A stretch of 64,000 nucleotides of DNA from an uncultured Ruminococcus sp. (GTDB taxonomy: Bacteria; Bacillota; Clostridia; Oscillospirales; Ruminococcaceae). Where the stretch lies: assembly GCA_944388405.1 (NCBI GenBank), contig CALXIQ010000036.1, positions 301 through 64,300 on the forward strand, read 5' to 3'. The translations under genes were made by a program, and so were the position numbers. Under the pieces are notes generated by a model that worked only from the letters and a program-made list of their open reading frames with translations, was not told the DNA's origin and ran no database searches. Position 1 is the stretch's first letter. Every line of letters begins with the position of its first letter. Shown here piece after piece: positions 60,064 through 64,000 of the stretch.

Positions 60064-61614
60064 TTATTTTGTTTTTATCAGAAACGCAGAGCAGGCAGGA
60101 ACGGTAATTTTTATGCCATCAAGCTTTATTTCTCCGCCGATTTTGAAAAGCACTTCCCCATTAATATTGCAGGGAACTTCACATTCCGACTGTCTGCCGA
60201 GAGGATTGATTACGGCGAATATCTCCTCGTTGTCGGTAAATCTGCGGTAAATAAGGGGATAGCTGTCATTTTCGGCGTATACAAATTCAAAGCCGCCGAA
60301 ATTCTGCAAAGCCTCGTGGGACTGTCTTACGGCAATAAGTTCTTTTACTGTATTAAGCAGCGAATCGGGGTCAGATTGCTGTGACAAAACATCGGGACGG
60401 TCTGAGGATTTGTCCATTGGTATAAGGGTTTCACTGCCGGAAGAAAAGCCGGCGTTAAGGGTTTTATCCCACTGCATAGGAGTGCGTGAGCCTGTTCTGC
60501 CAAAGCCGCCCTCCACTGAGGTCAGCCCCTCAACATATCTCATGCCTATTTCGTCGCCGTAATACACAAAAGGAGCGCCGCACATTGAAAGGAGGAAGGT
60601 AAAGCAAACCTTTAAATCGTCGGTATCTCTGCCTCTTGCAAGTCTGTCCATATCGTGATTTGAGGAGGGGATGCAGATTAGCCCCTTGCCGTCAGCCGAA
60701 TCGTAAAATTTCTGATATTCCTGACGGAAAATTGAAATATCTCCGCCTGATTTTGAGAAGAAAGGCTTTTCGCTTCTGAAAAGGGAAGTGTAGCACATCG
60801 GTCCGAAGTGAAGCAGGAAATCCATATGGAATCCCCCGGCTATAGACTTTTCCGGCTCGCCCCATTCTGAAACCATGGCGCAGTGAGGATATTTTTCATC
60901 AAGGAACTGCCTGAAATCCTGCCACAGTCTGATGTTTTCACTGCCGTCCGGGTCGTTTTTTACAAGCGACCCCGCCATATCCACTCTGAAGCCGTCGCAG
61001 CCCATATCGAGCCAGAATGACATAACGTCCTTTATAGCCGCTCTTGTCGCCATGGGAGCGTCGTCGTCCGGCGACTGCATATAATCCCTTGTACGGTTTG
61101 CATAGCCGTAATTAAGGGCAGGCTGAGTGGAGAAAAAGTTTACTCCGGCGCTTCCGTCACGGTCGGATATTCCCCTTATGCAGGGTATTCCCTCGGTGCT
61201 TTCCCAGATGGAATTTGTCCAAATGTATCTGTGTGTAAACTGATTTTTCTCAGCTTTCATAGACTCCTTAAACCACTTGTGCTCCACCGAGGTGTGTCCC
61301 GGCACAAGGTCAAGCAGAAGATGCATATCACGCTTGTGGATTTCGTCTATAAGCAGTTTCATATCTTCGTTAGTGCCATATCGGGGAGCAATTTTTTTAT
61401 AGTCTCTTACATCGTACCCGGCGTCGGTAAAGGGCGAGTCAAAGCAGGGGTTTATCCAGATTGCGTTGAAGCCCATTGACTTGATATAGTCAAGCTTCTG
61501 TGTTATTCCCTTTAAATCTCCTATTCCGTCGCCGTTTGAATCCTTGAAGGACTGGGGATAGATTTCATAGAACACTGCGTTTTTCAGCCACTCGGGCAGC
61601 TTGTTTACACTCAT
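60064..61614 (-). CDS. GH13 alpha-amylase-family hydrolase (alpha-glucosidase/TreS-like), cytoplasmic
   Basis: FYEIYPQSF, DLVPGHTS, GFRVDMAG, VSEWG, SNHD, YYGDEIGM, RTPMQW. Confidence 0.88.
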   Translation of the reverse strand: MSVNKLPEWLKNAVFYEIYPQSFKDSNGDGIGDLKGITQKLDYIKSMGFNAIWINPCFDSPFTDAGYDVRDYKKIAPRYGTNEDMKLLIDEIHKRDMHLLLDLVPGHTSVEHKWFKESMKAEKNQFTHRYIWTNSIWESTEGIPCIRGISDRDGSAGVNFFSTQPALNYGYANRTRDYMQSPDDDAPMATRAAIKDVMSFWLDMGCDGFRVDMAGSLVKNDPDGSENIRLWQDFRQFLDEKYPHCAMVSEWGEPEKSIAGGFHMDFLLHFGPMCYTSLFRSEKPFFSKSGGDISIFRQEYQKFYDSADGKGLICIPSSNHDMDRLARGRDTDDLKVCFTFLLSMCGAPFVYYGDEIGMRYVEGLTSVEGGFGRTGSRTPMQWDKTLNAGFSSGSETLIPMDKSSDRPDVLSQQSDPDSLLNTVKELIAVRQSHEALQNFGGFEFVYAENDSYPLIYRRFTDNEEIFAVINPLGRQSECEVPCNINGEVLFKIGGEIKLDGIKITVPACSAFLIKTK

Positions 61615-61862
61615 AAAAATGCACTCCTTTTTGATTGGATTTTATGTTTTCAGTCTTTGGTTTCTGTCAGAAATCAGGTTTTTTCAACTCTGATTTGATG
61701 TTCATATTTTAACATCGTTTACATCGGAATTAAAGTATATTCATCGGTTATTGTTTGTATATTCTGTGAATATTAGCTTTGACCTAAAACCCTTACAATG
61801 GGGCAAACAAAAACCGACCGTGATTATATCAACACGGTCGGTCAAGTGGGGAGGAGTAAATT

Positions 61863-62564
61863 CTACTCCACCCTCATCATTCGGTATCCCACGCCGATGT
61901 GGGTCTGAATATACTGAGGGGAATCGGGGGCGGATTCCAGCTTTTTTCTGAGGGTCGCCATAAATACACGCAGCGACGCCACATCGTTTTCCCAGCTGCT
62001 TCCCCATACTTTCTGGGTAATATATGTGTGAGTCAGCACCTTACCGACGTTTTTTGCCATAAGGCACAGCAGCTTGTATTCTATAGGGGTAAGATGCAGC
62101 TCATTGCCGTCAAGATAAGCGCAGCCGGCGGCAAAATCAATTTTAAGCTTGCCGTTTGTAAACACCGAACCGTTAGCAGCTCCGTCTGCATTGATCATAG
62201 CAAGCCGCCGCTGGGTAACACGCAGCCTTGCCAGCAGTTCTTCCACCGAAAAGGGCTTGGTGAGATAATCGTCCGCACCGCTGTCCAGAGCCTCGATTTT
62301 ATCAGCGTCCTCGCTTCTTGCGCTAATCACAATTATAGGCACATTTGACCAGCTTCGTATCCGCTTTATAACCTCTATGCCGTCGATGTCGGGCAGTCCA
62401 AGGTCCAGCAGAATTATATCTGGATTGTGTGATGAAGCCTCCATAACGGCGGTTTCACCGTTGGGCGCAACTATGTGCTTGTATTCGTGAGTTTTAAGGG
62501 TGGTGGTGATAAGGTTTCGCACGGGAGCGTCGTCCTCTACCACAAGAATCAAAGCCTTATTCAT
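61863..62564 (-). CDS. kdpE: KdpE-like response regulator
   Basis: LVVEDD, LLDLGLPDIDG, DDYLTKPF, HLTPIEYKLL, YIQTHIGVGYR. Confidence 0.88.
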   Translation of the reverse strand: MNKALILVVEDDAPVRNLITTTLKTHEYKHIVAPNGETAVMEASSHNPDIILLDLGLPDIDGIEVIKRIRSWSNVPIIVISARSEDADKIEALDSGADDYLTKPFSVEELLARLRVTQRRLAMINADGAANGSVFTNGKLKIDFAAGCAYLDGNELHLTPIEYKLLCLMAKNVGKVLTHTYITQKVWGSSWENDVASLRVFMATLRKKLESAPDSPQYIQTHIGVGYRMMRVE

Positions 62565-64000
62565 TTATATTCACCTCTTCTGACGGTAAAGTAAAAGTAA
62601 AAACACAGCCGTGGGGTGAATTATCCGTCAGGGTAATTTCACCGCCGTGAGCTTCGATAATTGATTTGCAAAGATAAAGCCCGAGACCAAGGCTTCGGCG
62701 GCTGTCGGCAATTTTGTTTTCCCCGGTAAAAAACATTTCAAACACCCTGGGTTTGATACTGTCGGGAATGCCGCCGCCGTTATCGGCAATGCTGACTGAT
62801 ATGGCGTCTCTTTTTTTCTCAGCCGTTATTTTTATCTCCGAACCTGTCGGCGTATATTTTATTGCATTGTCCGCTATATTTATGATAACCTGAATAATCA
62901 GCCTTGCGTCCATGCGTGCAAGCATCAGCTCGTCCTTGTATTCAACGGAAATTTTATGACCGCTGTCCTTGCGACAGATGTGGCGAACCGCTTCGTCGAT
63001 AACCTCGTCAATAAGCTCAAGAGACATGTTGAAGTTCATTCTACCCTCTTCGATTTTGGTGATAGACAGCAGATTTTCCACCAGACTTATCAGCCAATGG
63101 GAGTCGTTGTAGATGTCTGTGAAAATCTGCATCTTCGTTTGGTCGTCCAGCTTGTCGTAATTGGACATAAGATTGCCGGCATTGCCTGAAATCGAGGTCA
63201 GCGGCGTGCGCAGGTCGTGAGAAATGGCTCGGAGCAGATTGGCTCTCAGCTGTTCGTTTTTAGCCATCACCGCCGCCGCTTCCTTTTCCTTTGAATTGCG
63301 GCTGTTTTCGATTGCAAGAGCACATTCCCCCAGCAGTGAAAGCAGCACGCTGTTTTCAAAGTAATCAAGGGGCTTGTTGCCTATTCTTATACCCACAACG
63401 CCGTAAACCTTGTCTTTTATGCGAATGGCAAGGTAGAGGCATTGGGCGTTTTTCAGCGTGTCGGTTGTGGCGCCTGCACGCCTTTTATTGTCAAAAACCC
63501 ACTCCACGGCGCTCTTTTCCTTTTCGGTGAAAAAGCTTTGTCTGTCCGTTTGCTGAGAAGCTGCAAAAAGGCAGCCTTCTGAAAGCTTGCCGTCCACCTC
63601 CGGGTAGGCGATAACATCACGCTCAAGCAGCTTTACAAGCTGGCCTGCTGTGATATTTATAATATCGTTATCGTCCCGAGCTTTTTGAAGCAGCTGATTT
63701 GTATCGAACATAACCTTTGTCCTAAACGCCGAACGTGCGGAAAGCCGGGCATGGTATTTAAGTTTTGCGGCAAGAGTACCGGTTATAACCGACGCTGCAA
63801 GCATAATCACAAAGGTCACAGGGTATCCCGAATCGTAAGCGTGAAAGGTAAGCCTTGGAGTGGTGAGAAAAAAGTTAAAGAGAATTACGCTCAGTACCGA
63901 GCTTAAAACGCAGCATACATATCCTCTTGTAAAAATCGAGGTCACCAACGCCCCGAGAATATACACGGTAATAACATTTGATTCGGTAAATCCCAGTCTG
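62557..64000 (-). CDS. kdpD: KdpD-like sensor histidine kinase, N-terminus beyond the window
   Basis: Frame open to the window edge (LGFTESNVITVYILG, DUF4118-like TMs), GAF, LLRAISHDLRTPL, NAIKYT, DNGGG, GLGL. Confidence 0.88.
   Translation of the reverse strand, partial: RLGFTESNVITVYILGALVTSIFTRGYVCCVLSSVLSVILFNFFLTTPRLTFHAYDSGYPVTFVIMLAASVITGTLAAKLKYHARLSARSAFRTKVMFDTNQLLQKARDDNDIINITAGQLVKLLERDVIAYPEVDGKLSEGCLFAASQQTDRQSFFTEKEKSAVEWVFDNKRRAGATTDTLKNAQCLYLAIRIKDKVYGVVGIRIGNKPLDYFENSVLLSLLGECALAIENSRNSKEKEAAAVMAKNEQLRANLLRAISHDLRTPLTSISGNAGNLMSNYDKLDDQTKMQIFTDIYNDSHWLISLVENLLSITKIEEGRMNFNMSLELIDEVIDEAVRHICRKDSGHKISVEYKDELMLARMDARLIIQVIINIADNAIKYTPTGSEIKITAEKKRDAISVSIADNGGGIPDSIKPRVFEMFFTGENKIADSRRSLGLGLYLCKSIIEAHGGEITLTDNSPHGCVFTFTLPSEEVNINE

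Overview
A 64 kb stretch of core chromosome from an anaerobic Clostridia, probably Ruminococcus/Oscillospiraceae-like (inferred from gene content and xPxTG sorting signals). No rRNA, tRNA, CRISPR array or intact transposase was seen. Gene order: 3' part of a SipW/TasA-type surface-fibre locus, two FtsX-type permeases with no ATPase, a solute-binding lipoprotein, a cell-wall-anchored CE2-like esterase, enolase, a pyruvate formate-lyase locus, [FeFe]-hydrogenase maturases (TM1266-hydE-hydG-hydF), an araC remnant, GH59, MATE, a trehalose PTS operon (treR/treP/treC/HPr), LysR, MarR with a heterodimeric ABC exporter, GH43, an MDH-malic enzyme pair, HAD-pheA-ispF, SDR, GH5, pgk-tpiA-gpmI, a His-less kinase-like gene, gap, an XRE/Imm/patatin islet, rarA, S1 protein, ArsC/Spx, a GH26-like protein, a beta-lactamase-like lipoprotein, GH13 and kdpDE (cut by the window end). 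The most striking observation is a PFL split into three separately translated genes: a catalytic core lacking the glycyl-radical domain, a 70-aa Cys-rich protein resembling the start of that domain but with no radical Gly, and a stand-alone glycyl-radical domain. Other candidates are a structured attenuator-like leader before the hyd maturase operon, a heptamer-repeat hairpin 5'UTR on pflA, and an XRE-switched Imm-patatin-small membrane protein module. All calls come from reading motifs by eye; no database search was run.
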